From: Rhizophagus irregularis
Lineage: Eukaryota
Length of the DNA stretch: 64,000 nucleotides
Reading direction: 5' to 3'
Assembly (NCBI RefSeq): GCF_026210795.1
Contig: NC_089429.1
Coordinates: 3,162,001 to 3,226,000, forward strand
Shown here: positions 14,279 to 26,700 of the stretch, piece after piece
Layout: each line of letters begins with the position of its first letter
How positions within the stretch are numbered: position 1 is the first letter of the stretch
The notes under the pieces: model-generated
Databases searched by the model: none
What the model was told of the DNA's origin: nothing
The model's input: the letters and a program-made list of their open reading frames with translations, nothing else
Made by a program: the position numbers and the translations under genes

Positions 14279-14586
14279 TAACTAATATGTCTTCTATTTC
14301 TTCTTCAAAAGGTAAAATAAACCTTATATTTTTATCTTCAAATAATACGCAATGATAACTTGTATTCTTATGTATAATATAAATATATATTCCTATCCCA
14401 ATATTTTCAGTAGTCATTTTACTTTTCCAATAGTTTTTTGACTTGTTTATATACATTTCTTTAACTTGTGTTTTCATTCCTAATCTTTATATTCTTATAT
14501 TTTTCCTTATTCTCATAAATGTTTAACATTCTTTAAATATCCTAATCATATCCCTATATTCTCCTCTATTTCATATTCCTAATATT

Positions 14587-15312
14587 TTAATCTCCCTGTT
14601 CCAAAAATCCTTTGACCCATTTGTATACTTTTTTCCAACTTTTGTCATCATTTTTAATTTTAATTCTTTTATATTTTTCTTTGTTCTCATAAATATTCTG
14701 ATGCTCTTTAAACATTTTCACCATATCCATATATTCCTCTTCATTTAACGTTTCATATGATGTTTTATGTCCTTTATTACTTTTCTTAGTTTCTCTTTCA
14801 ATATAGTTATTCCAACATTCTTTATTTTCTAAGAAAATTATTATCGCATTATCTATAATATCTTTATATTTAAATATCTCTTTTTCCATTTTATGATTCC
14901 TATATGGAGTAATATATCCTCTATCAAAACTTTTGGTCTTTTGATAAAAGTATTTACAATATGGTGACTTATCTAATATTATAATATCTTCATCCATAAA
15001 TTCAACTATTCTCTTATTAATTTCCTCTACTACTTGTTTTCTAAATAACCATTCATATTCCTTCAAAGGCTTTTCAAATCTTTTATCATCATTTCTTTTT
15101 CTTTTAAACTTATTAAATATTATTTTTAAGCCGTCCTTTTCTTCTAACCGTTTAATCATATTTTCTACTATAGTGGACTTTTCTGTACCATCTGGTCCGT
15201 CAATAATAACAACTTGTGGTTTATTCTTTCTTCCTAATTTCTTTAATAATTCTTTTTCTGTATTATCTTCTAAGTTCAACAATATTGCTTCTTTATCATT
15301 AAAATATTTCAT
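14587..15312 (-). CDS. Thymidylate / deoxynucleoside-monophosphate kinase-like P-loop domain inside Gypsy pol
   Basis: VIIDGPDGTEKSTI (GxDGxGKS/T P-loop with a G>E change), IILDKSPY..YFYQ (DRS..Y-like motif) and an IIIFLE strand. Same frame as the upstream RNase H ORF, separated by one TAG. Confidence 0.75.
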   Translation of the reverse strand: MKYFNDKEAILLNLEDNTEKELLKKLGRKNKPQVVIIDGPDGTEKSTIVENMIKRLEEKDGLKIIFNKFKRKRNDDKRFEKPLKEYEWLFRKQVVEEINKRIVEFMDEDIIILDKSPYCKYFYQKTKSFDRGYITPYRNHKMEKEIFKYKDIIDNAIIIFLENKECWNNYIERETKKSNKGHKTSYETLNEEEYMDMVKMFKEHQNIYENKEKYKRIKIKNDDKSWKKVYKWVKGFLEQGD

Positions 15313-15638
15313 ATTGTCCTATTTTCCTCTAAATCTTTTAGCTTCATACCATTTATTTTCAAATTTAACATATTTCAACTTTTTCTCTTTATTATACTCC
15401 ATTTTCATTATTCCTTGATCCAAGCTTTCAAAGTCCCTTTTTATAACTTTCTCCTCAAATTTTAATCTTGATAATGCATCTGCATTCTTATTTTCTTTAC
15501 CACTTCTATGTATCACCTCAAAATCATACTGTTGTAACTCCATTACCCATCTCGCTCTTCTCCCTGTAGGTACTTTAGCATTCATTAATCCTTTCAGTGC
15601 AGAATGATCTGTTATAACTGTAAATTTTCTTCCTGCTA

Positions 15639-16491
15639 CCCTATAAAAAGTATTTATATTTAAAATATAATTAAAAACTTTTTAAAATATATTTAAAATA
15701 TACTTAAAATATATTTAATTTAAAAATTGCGAAATACTTATAATATACTTAAAATGTATTTAAAATTATCTTAAAATATATTTCTAATATATTTAATTTT
15801 TGCCCAAATACTTAAAATATACTTAAATTATATTTAAATTAAAATTTAAGTATATTATAGATATATTTTTTACATACTTAAAATATTCTTATAATATATT
15901 TCATAATATATTTTAAGTATATTTTGAGTATGTAAAAAATATACTTATAATAATCTTATAATATACTTAAATTTTAATTTAAATATAATTTGCAAAAATT
16001 AAATATATTAGACATATATTTTAAGATAATTTTAAGTATATTTTAGATATATTAAAAATATATTACAAGTATTTTGCAATTTTTAAATTAAGATAAATCT
16101 AATTGTAACAGCCTGTTACGCGTCTTATTTGTAACAACCCCAATTTTATCCAATTAAAATTTAAGATCAGACGTAATGTAAACAAAAACAAAAGATCAGT
16201 TGTGTAACTAAGACAAAAGAATTTTTTAAAAATTTCAAGAAACTGCTTATAACTTAAAATTTTGTCTATGAAACTGTCTTAAGTACATTAAGTAAAAGTT
16301 TTTCAAATTAAATTTTGCATATAAAAATTTTATTTGTAAAATACACACTAAATTTATTATTAAAAAAAAAATAAAAAAAAGTTGTTACAAATAAGATATG
16401 TAACAGGCTGTTACAAATACATTTATTCTTTAAATTAAGTATATTTTAAATATATTTTAAGTATATTTTAAGTATAGTACTTTTTATAGGG
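15639..16491. mobile_element. Non-autonomous TIR element, CCC..GGG termini, 3-bp TSD
   Basis: TIR CCCTATAAAAAGTA / TACTTTTTATAGGG; TSD CTA. Removal restores HKFLA-GRKFTVITDH. Confidence 0.88.
16104..16415. mobile_element. MITE nested in the previous MITE
   Basis: TIR TGTAACAGCCTGTTAC..TCTTATTTGTAACAAC / GTTGTTACAAATAAGA..GTAACAGGCTGTTACA; TSD unclear. Confidence 0.75.
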
Positions 16492-17145
16492 CTAAGAACT
16501 TATGAAAATGTTTAATCCCCCAAAATATTGCTAAACATTCTAATTCCGTTATTGGATAGTTCTTTTCTACTCCAACTAAACTCCTACTAGCATAAGCTAT
16601 AACAAATTCTTTGTTTTCTTCATTTTTCTGGGATAGTACTGCTCCCAATCCTTCTTCTGATGCATCTGTTATTAATATAAACTCCTTCTCAAAATTTGGA
16701 TAATCTAATACTGGTTTTTCCATTAATTTTATTTTCAGTTCTTCAAATGCTTCTTGTTGTTTCTCTGTCCATTTAAATGGTACATCCTTCTTAACTAAGT
16801 GATATAAAGGCTTTGCTATTTTTGCAAAATTCTTTATAAATCTTCTGTAATATGAACACAATCCTAAAAATAATCTCACTTATGTAACAGTTTCTGGTAT
16901 TTTTATTTCTTTGATTTTCTCTATTTTCTTCACATCTGGTTTTAAACTATCCCTTCCAACTATATGTCCTAAAAATTCAATATTCCTCTTACCAAACTTA
17001 GTTACATTTCTTCAATTTCACAATCAGGTTATTTTCTCTTAATTTGTTCAATACTTTATCAATATATTCTATATATTCTTCAAAATCTTTTAAGTAAATC
17101 ATTATATCATCTAAATACACTATTACAAATTCTTTACTGAAACTT

Positions 17146-19350
17146 GGGGTTATTCGGCGACATCGATTCGATATCAAAATTACATCGAAATTACAACACA
17201 TCGATGTCTTAAAAATATTATAACAAAAATCGAATTGATGACGTTAAGTTAGTTTTTACTGGATCGATGTGATTTTGATTCACCATAACATCGCAGGAAT
17301 ATCATTCTGACAATGATATGACATATAATTTGATATTATATCTATATTATATTAATATAATGCTGATATCAGAATAACATTTGTTAGAATATTTTTCATA
17401 AATAAAACATTTAATTGATGTTATAACTGCAACATAGTGATTAAAATTAACATCAAAATAACATTAATAAAATATTGAATCAATATCATAACTGCATCAT
17501 AATGGTACAGATTAAAGTATTTAATTGATATCATATAATGATCTTAATAACAATATTATAACATTAAAATGATACTAAAATGATATTTTATTGATATAAA
17601 AATTTCTTTTATTTATTAAATTTTTTAAATTACATTCAACTCATCATATCAATTGATTGAATGGATTTGAATATATTTTTTTGAAAAGACATGAAATACA
17701 TTTACAATTTACTAATGGTAATTCCCGATATAATAATTAAAATTGGACTCGTAAAAGAGGATGACCAACTTTGATTTGATTATTATGGTTAAATAAAAGA
17801 CATCATGATGTTGGATGTGAAGCAAACGTCATTCATTAGTGCTGTTATTAATTATTACAAATTACAAAATACTTATAATTTTTGTTTCATACCTGCTATA
17901 TTTTACACGCTAAATAATAACAAGATATGTTCACATGCTTCACCCGATACCTAAAAAAAAAAAGAAAAAGAATAGTTAGAAACTGTCCATAATAATAAAC
18001 AAAATAAAAAAAATAAAAATTCGTACCGAATCTTTAGTTTTTTCCGTTCCTCAGAATCCACCTGAACCTATAAAAAAAAAGGAATGGTTAGCGACCGTTC
18101 CATAATATTAAAAAAAAAATAAAAACTAAACCATTCATTCATTAATAGTTCACAATATATCAGACTATTTTTGATCACCTGATATCGCCTATGTTTAAAA
18201 TACTGCGGTAAAACACTAAAAACATCACCAGAAGATTAAATGTTGAATCGATTGATCTTTTACCATTCTGTTGTATTTCAATCAAATAAGGTTTAACAAT
18301 ATGATTCATAACATAATTGAAACTTGACAATTTTTAAAGAAACAATAAATACATACTTACGTGTAAAGTTTATTCACAAAGGCGGTCTGTATTTTATGAG
18401 CTTCAGCCACAAAGTATTCCTAAGTACGTAAACGCACATAAAAGTGATAAAACATTCTTATAGGTAATTTAATTATTTTGAAAGATGCTACAAAATGTAA
18501 AAAAAGGAACGTTATCATTGATTGTCAAACTTAAGTATCAATGTCTATATATCTGAGCTAGCTAATATTACAAGAGATGGCTACAAAATATGCAAAAAAA
18601 AGCGCTCGCCTCAGAATTGCTAAAATTATTTGGAAGCTCTTCTGTTTTATACATTTTCATTTTGAGAGGTCGGCCAGTTAAGATTTCCCGATATCAGTCT
18701 TATCAGTCTCTGGCAATCCACTTAACTTGATATTTCAATTATAAATTAAGTCTGACGGTGCTACATAATAATTACAATCATAAGTAAATTCCTGACCTTC
18801 AAAATTAAATGTGTTCAGCTGGTTATATATTATATATAATTAATATTGTATTTTTACAGCAGTCACAATAATATAATAATCAATAGCTGACCGTTATGTT
18901 TAGTATCTTACAACAGCAAGCCAAAAGATCCATATGGTAAAACACGTATTTAGTATTTGCGCACCTATTTAATAGCTCTATCTAATAAACCGTTACTATT
19001 TAATATAAAGTTTCTTCGTATTACTATAACATATATAATAAAATATTAAAAATCACTTAACAAAATGTTTTTGATAAATTTTGATAAAAAATAAGCAAAT
19101 TACTTCAGTTTGCGTTCGAAAGAAAAACACCAGAACGCATTTTTGAAAAATAGAAAAATAAACAAATCGTATATATTTAAGTAGCTATTTTTAGATGCAT
19201 ATGGCAACTGATTTTTTATTGGTCAATTTTTAAATTCAAATCATATATATTTGAGTAGCTATTTTTAGGTGCATATGACAACTGATTTTTTATTGGTCAA
19301 TTTTTAAATTGCGAATCTTAGCTTATAGTTGGGTTTCTTCTGAAAGATAT
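17146..19350. mobile_element. Unclassified degenerate transposon-derived segment truncating the Gypsy RT
   Basis: Abrupt junction with RT, TGATAT/ATATCA-rich subterminal-like motifs (resembling 3715-3885), and decayed spliced fragments on the minus strand. Confidence 0.35.
19163..19310. repeat. 74-bp direct duplication
   Basis: CAAATC..AGTAGCTATTTTTAG.TGCATATG.CAACTGATTTTTTATTGGTCAATTTTTAAATT occurs twice. Confidence 0.85.
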
Positions 19351-19489
19351 ATAGTGTTGTAGGTAAGGATGGCGCCGAAATTGCTTTTCCAAATCTGCAG
19401 TATTGCGGATTTAAGAATTGAATTGCGCATATGAGTCCGCATATCCGCAATGAATCCGCATATCCGCAATGAATCTGCATATCCGCAAT

Positions 19490-19733
19490 TAAGGTTGCTT
19501 GTCTAAACCTCTTCAAAATCCTACGATTAGTTTCGTCAAAATTTTACTATAGATTTATTATAGTTTCGGCAAAGTTTCGGCAGTTTCGGCATTTATAATA
19601 AGTTTCGGCAGTTTCGCTTTTCTCCAAAGTTTCGCCAGTTTTTTAATATAACTTTAATATAGTTTCGGCAGAATTTCGCTTTTCGGCGAAACGCCATCTT
19701 GCCTAAACCCCTAGGTTTCAGCAAGCAACCTTA
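19490..19733. mobile_element. hAT-type MITE (TAAGGTTGCTTG family), copy 1
   Basis: TIR TAAGGTTGCTTG / CAAGCAACCTTA; perfect 8-bp TSD TCCGCAAT. Confidence 0.92.
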
Positions 19734-20152
19734 TCCGCAATGAATCCGCAAATCCGCAATGAATCCGCAAATCCGCAATGAATCCGCAAGTCCGTAATGA
19801 ATCTGCAAATCAATACTGTATCGCAAATCCGCAATGAATCCGCAAGTCCGTAATGAATCCGCAAATCAATACTGTATCGCAAATCCGCAATGAATCCGCA
19901 AGTCCGTAATGAATCCGCAAATCAATACTGTATCGCAAATCCGCAATGAATCCGCAAGTCCGTAATGAATCCGCAAATCAATACTGTATCGCAAATCTGC
20001 AATGAATCCGCAAGTCCGTAATGAATCTGCAAATCAATACTGTATCGCAAATCCGCAATGAATCCGCAAGTTCGCAATGAATCCGCAAATCAATACTGTA
20101 TCGCAAATCCGCAATGAATCCGTAAATCAATACTGTATCGCAAATCTGCAAT
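19734..20152. repeat. Subterminal tandem array built from GAATCCGCAA units (~56-bp period)
   Basis: Repeated GCAAATCAATACTGTATCGCAAATCCGCAATGAATCCGCAAGTCCGTAATGAATCC. Confidence 0.9.
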
Positions 20153-20388
20153 GTTAAATAAAATAATATCAAGTAAAAAACCATCAATTCAAAATAAAGA
20201 ATTCGTCATCCCGACATATTAAAAATTGTTAAAATTAGAAGTGTTATTTTTATAATTTTTTTTTGTCAAAGTTATTATACTGAATTAAACATACTATTTA
20301 TTCATCACAATCAACTTCGTCTGATGATGATATCATGCTATACCAAGACTTCTTTGATTCAATTTTATACACTTTTTACTCGTAATAT

Positions 20389-20815
20389 TTCTGGACAATT
20401 TTGTCCACTTTTTTCTATCATTTTTGGACATCCATCGCTTCTGGACAATTTTGTCCACTTTTTTTTCTATCATTTTTGGACATCCATCGCTTCTGGACAA
20501 TTTTGTCCACTTTTTTTTCTATCATTTTTGGACATCCATCGCTTCTGGACAATTTTGTCCACTTTTTTTCTATCATTTTTGGACATCCATCGCTTCTGGA
20601 CAATTTTGTCCACTTTTTTTTCTATCATTTTTGAACATCCATCGCTTCTGTCCACTTTTTTCTATCATTTTTGGACGTCCATCGCTTCCGGACAATTCTG
20701 TCCACTTTTTTTCTATCATTTTTGGACATCCATCGCTTCTGGACAATTTTGTCCACTTTTTTTCTATCATTTTTGGACATCCATCGCTTCTGGACAATTT
20801 TGTCCACTTTTTTTT
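20389..20815. repeat. ~51-bp tandem array containing the palindrome TGGACAATTTTGTCCA
   Basis: About 8 units of TCTGGACAATTTTGTCCACTTTTTT(T)CTATCATTTTTGGACATCCATCGCT. Confidence 0.9.
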
Positions 20816-21042
20816 CTTGTATCATTTCTGGTCACCTTATTCCTCGTATTGTTTCTGGACAATTTTGTTCAATTTTTCTCGTCCAGTTAAATTTACAAAT
20901 TTTCACATTATTGAAATTTAAACTTCACAATTTACAATTAGGCGTGATCTTAATCAATCAACATCTTGTACTACTAAATCAAACTTTAAAACGATATTGA
21001 TGACAAACTCTTTTAATTTCAAGTTTTGCTCTTTATAACGTC

Positions 21043-23408
21043 ATGTCAAGCGGTCCTTCTAAGGTAAGCAAAGTCGACCACCATCAGATGTATGGTGTAA
21101 TCATATGATACAAGGTAACATGCAGTCGAGAGGACACTATTCAGCGACGTGTAGTTACTGTCGACAATACTGGAGACAAGGAAGGCCCCAAGTCCTCAGT
21201 GCACATTTGGCAAACCACTGTAAAAAATGCCCCGATGATGTTTCATTGTATTTTGCCAAAATTGTCGGGAAAAATCTTGCTAAAGAAGAGGAAAAAGCGC
21301 AGATGAAGATGAATCAGATTATCCTAACAAAAGGGTTCGACAAACGGGAATTAAGAATTTTTACGGAGGAGGTAAAATAGAAAAAGGACGGAGTGATGAA
21401 TTAGACCGGAGGGTGATAACGAAAGCCTACGTGATGTGCAACATACCGCCCTTTTAGCACAATCGATAATCCTTGGTTTATCGACATGATAAAAGCGCTG
21501 GAGCCAGGATACGATCCACCTTCGCGACGAGTACTAAATGGTACTTTATTGGAGGCGGAATTATCCAGAGTCAATGCACGAGTCAACAATGAATTAGAAA
21601 AAGAGTCTAATTTTACTATCGGTAAATCTATAATTTCTATAATTGCTTCAAAATATTTTATTAAAAAAATAACTATCCATATATTTTTTATTAGCTCTTG
21701 ATGGTTGGACAGACCCTCGAGGGAATAGCTTATGGGCGTTTATTTTGCTGGACACCATCGAGAAAGGAATATCTATTACAACTTGAAGACCTTTCTAAAA
21801 ATTCACATACCGCTGAATATTTATCAAAAGTTATAAATGATATAATTTGTAAAGTGGGTATAAGCAAAATTGTCGCTATTGTCAGTGACAATGCTGCCAA
21901 TGTCGCAGGTGCCCGTCGATTAATCACGAATGAATATCCATCCATTATCAATATACGATGCATCGCCCATTGCATCAATCTGATAAGTAGTGATATTGTC
22001 AAAGTAGATCAAGTTAAATGTCTTGTAAAACGAGCAAATATTTTAACAAGATACTTCAAAAATTCAACCCTTGCCAGCACTTGGCTTAAAGAAGCGATTG
22101 ATGCAAAAAATATTGCAGGTGGAGGGCTGAAAACGTACATCGAAACAAGATGGACGACAGTCCATGAATGTACATCTTCGGTGTACAGATTAAAAGATGC
22201 TTTATTACATGTACGTATACTTTATATTTAAATTAATAATAATTAAACCTAATACAAAAATGTTTATTCAATTAGGTCCTGGACAATCATGAACGCGAAA
22301 TCTCTAATGAAGCTGTAAAAGCAATTTTGAAAAAAAGAGGGTTTTTTGATGACATTCGTATTTTATCGGATATTTTGGAGCCGATAAAAAAAGCAATTCT
22401 CATGTTAGAAGGAAGTAATGTAACTTTAGCAGATTGTTATCTGCATCTTCTTCGTATCGCAGCATTTTTTAAGTCAATGCCAACTGATGATTATAAAGAG
22501 TTAAGAAACTCTTGTATTAGCATTTTTAATAAGCGGTAATGTATTAAGTTAGTATCTTTAATAGAAGATTCAAAATTAATGTTTAATTTTAAATATTTTT
22601 TTAATAGATATAAAGAGTTTGACGAGGATATCTATTTGTTAGGTTTCTTCCTTCATCCTAAATACCGAGGTAATTATTTTTTTTATTGTTATTTAAATTC
22701 ATTTAATAATATAATTTTGCAAATTTGTTAGGACATGGAATGCGTAATAATCAATTTGAGCGTCTTAGAAAGTGTGCCCTTCGAATCTGGAAAAACCTTG
22801 GGCATAAAAAAAATTCTGGATTAGAACTTGATGCACAACTTCGTGCATACTTTGATAATTCTGAACCATATAACACGTCTTATTCAGTTCATGACACAGC
22901 TTACCATTGGTGGAATTCCATAGTTGATGGGAAATTTTCTTCTCTTTCGCGGCTAGCTAAAGTAATATTTTCAATAACCCCACACTCGGCAAGTTGTGAA
23001 AGATTATTTTCAGCCATAGGATGGCTCTTTGGTAAGAGACGTATAAATTTGCAACCAGAAACTATAGAGACAATGGCGAAAATATATCTTTATTCTCTCA
23101 AACATGCTAAAAAAGACTTAAATTATACAAGTAACGGTGATAGCAATTCAAAGTTAGATGATGATATTCAACTCATGCTGAATACAGTATTTGAAGAAGA
23201 AGAAGAAATTATGAGTGAGAATGATGATGATGATAGTTTTAATGAACATCAATCTGATGAAACAAATATGAATGATGAAACATTAGATATTGAAAGCACG
23301 GTAGATCTAGGACCATGGGTCTTTATTGATAATTCTATACTTCCAACTATTACTCGAAGATATGATAGTGATGGCGAAGAGGAATGGGATCCGGAACAAT
23401 TAAACTAA
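21043..23408 (+). pseudogene. hAT transposase (BED zinc finger, DUF659-like, RNase H-like core, dimerisation domain), spliced, frameshifted
   Basis: SDVW..ATCSYC..HLANHCKKCP, VSDNAANV, RCIAHCINL, ETRW, FLHPKY and WWNS..LSRLAKVIFSITPHSASCERLFS. Short GT-AG introns near 21622, 22211, 22536 and 22669; apparent frameshifts in the first exon. Confidence 0.9.
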
Positions 23409-23868
23409 TTCTTTTTTTGACTTTTATTTTGCCTATATAATATTCATATTTGTACTTATTGTGAACATTTAATATCTAATAAATTTGATAGTATTTTATA
23501 ATGCATATCAACAATTTTGTCCTCCCTTTTTATTTTGGACAAAATTGTCCACTTTTGTATTCAGAAAACTTTATTATTTATTTTGGACAAAATTAAGTTA
23601 TCTTTGTATTCAGAAAACTTTATTTTTTATTTTGGACAAAATTGTCCACTTTATAATCAGAAAACTTTACTTTTTTTTGCTTTAGAAACTTTGGACAGAA
23701 GCTTCCCTGTGCAATTTGAAAATATGTAAATGTTACGTTTAATTATCTATACATTTAATTATCTATCTAACGCGTATAACTTATGCCAACTGAATATAAA
23801 ATACATGCTTCTTTGTTGATAATGATATTACCCACTAACCAACATATTCAATGTATTCACTATTTTTT

Positions 23869-26381
23869 TTATTTATCCGCTATATTAATGAATTCCTCCC
23901 CCATAAATTCAACTCTTCTCTTTTTTTTTTGTGCAGTACTATCTGGATTAGCAGTAGACAAGATTTCAGAAAGACGTTCGTTCGACAAACTTGAAATTGA
24001 TCGACGAGTTTCTAATGTAGGAACTTGGGACAAAAATACTTCATAATATTCTTGTTTAACGAAAAAATCGCACTTACGGCACCCAGCTTTCGCAAGTTGC
24101 GTACTCGTGATTCCTTCATTAAATAACCTTCGTAATCGATCACATCCTACCCTATTCCTTTGTTCCATTTTGTCGCCAATTTTAAGCACAGACCGCATGA
24201 ACTGAATAACCCAAGATTTTGTAGTTTTTATATTATTATTAGGGTCAGTTCTTAATTTTTCTCCAAGTTCAAATAGATCATCATAAATTTGGACCAAGGA
24301 CACCAAATGTAATAAATTAAAAGACTCAGCGGCTATAACAAAATTTTCACATTGTAATTCTTGCCTTCGCCATTGATCGATTCGATCTTTAGCGGATTTC
24401 TCATCAACGATTTTGACTGGGTCATCTTTCAGCATTTCATTTAAGTCATTGGATATATCTGATACTTTTAATTCTTCAGAAGCAATGAGTTCGCCATTAA
24501 ACGATGAATCTGCTAACAAAATATCGTGAAGTTTTTTCTTTCCTTTTTGAATAATAACAATTGGGTAGAATTTAATAATTTGGCTTTATCATCGTCGTCG
24601 TCATCATCATCTGAGAAATTACGTTTTCGTACAATGGATTTTGATAACGACACAGATGTTGATGCTTCTAATTCTTCTGATTCCTCCATTTCTGAAGCTA
24701 GTGCTTGTGATTCTGCTGATTCTGCTGATTCCTCCACTGCCATTTCTGAAGGTACTTGTGATTCTGCCACACTTGATTCCGCTGATTTCGCCAATGTCAT
24801 TTCTGGAGGTACTCCGCCGATGACTTCATTTCTGAAGTTGGTACCCGTGGTTCTATAGATACTATCACTTTTCTAGTTGGCACTTGTGTTGCTAATTTTA
24901 CTTTAGATGTTATTGATCTTGTTGGTGGTTTCATCGATGTTTCAACTTCTGTGGTTGATGCTCGTGCTCTCAATCTTGATGCTGGAACTACTTTGTATTG
25001 TGAAGGTGGGTTAAATTCATTAATTTCACTGTTGCCAGATTCATCCCTAGTAGAACTTAAATTTGCAGCTTCAGTAGGTTGAAAATTGTTATCCTCATCA
25101 TCATTAGCAGTACCTAGAAAATTTAGATATAAATATTATAAGAAAAATATAATAATCAAGAACAATTTCAGAATTTGATAAATTTAACTTACAGAAGCTA
25201 CTAATTTTTGCGATCCATTTATCAATGTCATCATAATAATTCTTCATTGTGTTCCAGCTGCGGTACGCAGGTAAGGTTGTACTGGCCCACATTATGTCAG
25301 AAATAGAAACATCATTTTTTATGTGATCTTGTCCGCCAAATTTTTCGATACAGCGTATATTCAAATTCGACCAAATTTTTGTTTCAGGTGTCAGAAGTAG
25401 AAAGATTATTTATGGATAAATCGCTGTTTAACACACGGGCAAGTTCTGAATCGTTGGGTTTAAGATATAATGACGAGCTGGGAGAGGATTCTAGGCACGT
25501 GTGTTTGGGTGTTGAATATTGTAACAATTCTCTTAATGATTCATTCACGCTACCAGTTGTACCAGATGTATGTAATGAACGTGTATTTTCTGGCTATTAT
25601 TAGAATATATATAAATAAACAAATAAAATATAAACAAAATTAAGATATAAATATTAAAATTCATTCACATATTTACCTGTAAACGAATTACTTCGTATCT
25701 ACCTTTATATAATTCATATAGCGATTTGTAGCGTTCAAGTTCAGCCAAATTACCCTAAAAAGTAATGAATTTTGTTCAGAAATGAAATCATTTGTTCTAA
25801 AATGAAATGGTTCTGATACCAAGAGAAAAAAGTGGTCCAGAAACGAAAAGTGGACAAAATTGTCCAGAAACGGAAATTCAAGGGAAAAAAGTGGAACAAA
25901 AAAAAATAGACAAAATTGTTCAAAGAGTAAAACAAAAGTAGAAACAGAAAAAAGTAGACAAAAAAAAAGTTGTCCAGAAACGAGAAAAAGGTAGAACAAA
26001 AAAAAGTGGACAAAATTGTCCAGAAACGAAACAAAAAAAGTGGACAAAATTGTCCAGAAACGAAAATTCAAGGGAAAAAGGTGGACTGAAAAAAAAATTA
26101 TAAGCGAAATCAAAATCATTTAAAAAGGGCCTTATGGAATACCTTATTGATGAATGTAAAATCTAAAGCCGATTCTTGCAAGTCAAAATAAACGCGTCCT
26201 CATTCTTTTTGAAAGATAATCTTACTTTATCTTGGTCAAAATTACATGATTCAATTTTTTTATTAGACTTAGTCCAAATAATTGACAGTGCTAACGAAAT
26301 TAATTCTTCGTCTTCAGGCAATAGCTCAACTTTTTTTCCACGAATCTTTAAATTAAGAGCCGAAGAAGGTGTTTTTGACAT
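23869..26381 (-). pseudogene. Second (accessory/cargo) gene inside the hAT element, unknown function
   Basis: ATG 26381 (MSKTPSS), introns, an S/E-rich linker and a helical C-terminal domain (ORF 23869-24519). Frameshift near 24515 and an internal stop. Confidence 0.55.
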
Positions 26382-26700
26382 TTTAATAATAAATTGTTGA
26401 AAAAAGTAAATAGAAAAAGAAGAATTTAGATACAATTGTTTTGATGTTTTGATGCATTATAAATTGATTATATTATAATAGAGTGAGTAATAATACTAAA
26501 TTTGATGATTTGATATAAATATATAGATTGAGTAATGATCATGATACAGTATTTAATTGGCTAATTTGCGGATTTTTTACGGATTTGCGGATAATTGCGG
26601 TTTGCGGATTTGCGGATATTTGGACTTCTGAAATCCGCAAATCTGCAATATTGCGGATCCGCAATTAATCCGCAATTGCCCAATTACGGCACCATCCTTA

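Larger units (their letters stand above)
12343..17140 (-). mobile_element. Ty3/Gypsy LTR retrotransposon, 3' half (5' part displaced or lost)
   Basis: RT-RNaseH-IN order on the minus strand, followed by a probable LTR bounded by TG..CA (about 12343-12944). Confidence 0.85.
15319..17140 (-). pseudogene. Gypsy reverse transcriptase (C-terminal part) and RNase H
   Basis: VYLDDIMIY, FLGH, FLGLCSYYRRFI, TDAS..GLGAVLSQ, YASR, ELECLAI, TDHSAL, ARW..ELQQYDF and NADALSR. Interrupted by the MITE at 15639-16491. Confidence 0.92.
19364..26700. mobile_element. hAT DNA transposon (7.3 kb) with transposase and a convergent second gene
   Basis: TIR TAAGGATGGCGCCG / CGGCACCATCCTTA; ATCCGCAA/TTGCGGAT subterminal repeats at both ends; TSD not matched. 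Confidence 0.85.

Noticed and set aside
20389..20815. Regular repeats with a palindromic core resembling a CRISPR array
   Set aside because: Units are wholly repeated with no unique spacers, there are no cas genes, and the context is a eukaryotic transposon.
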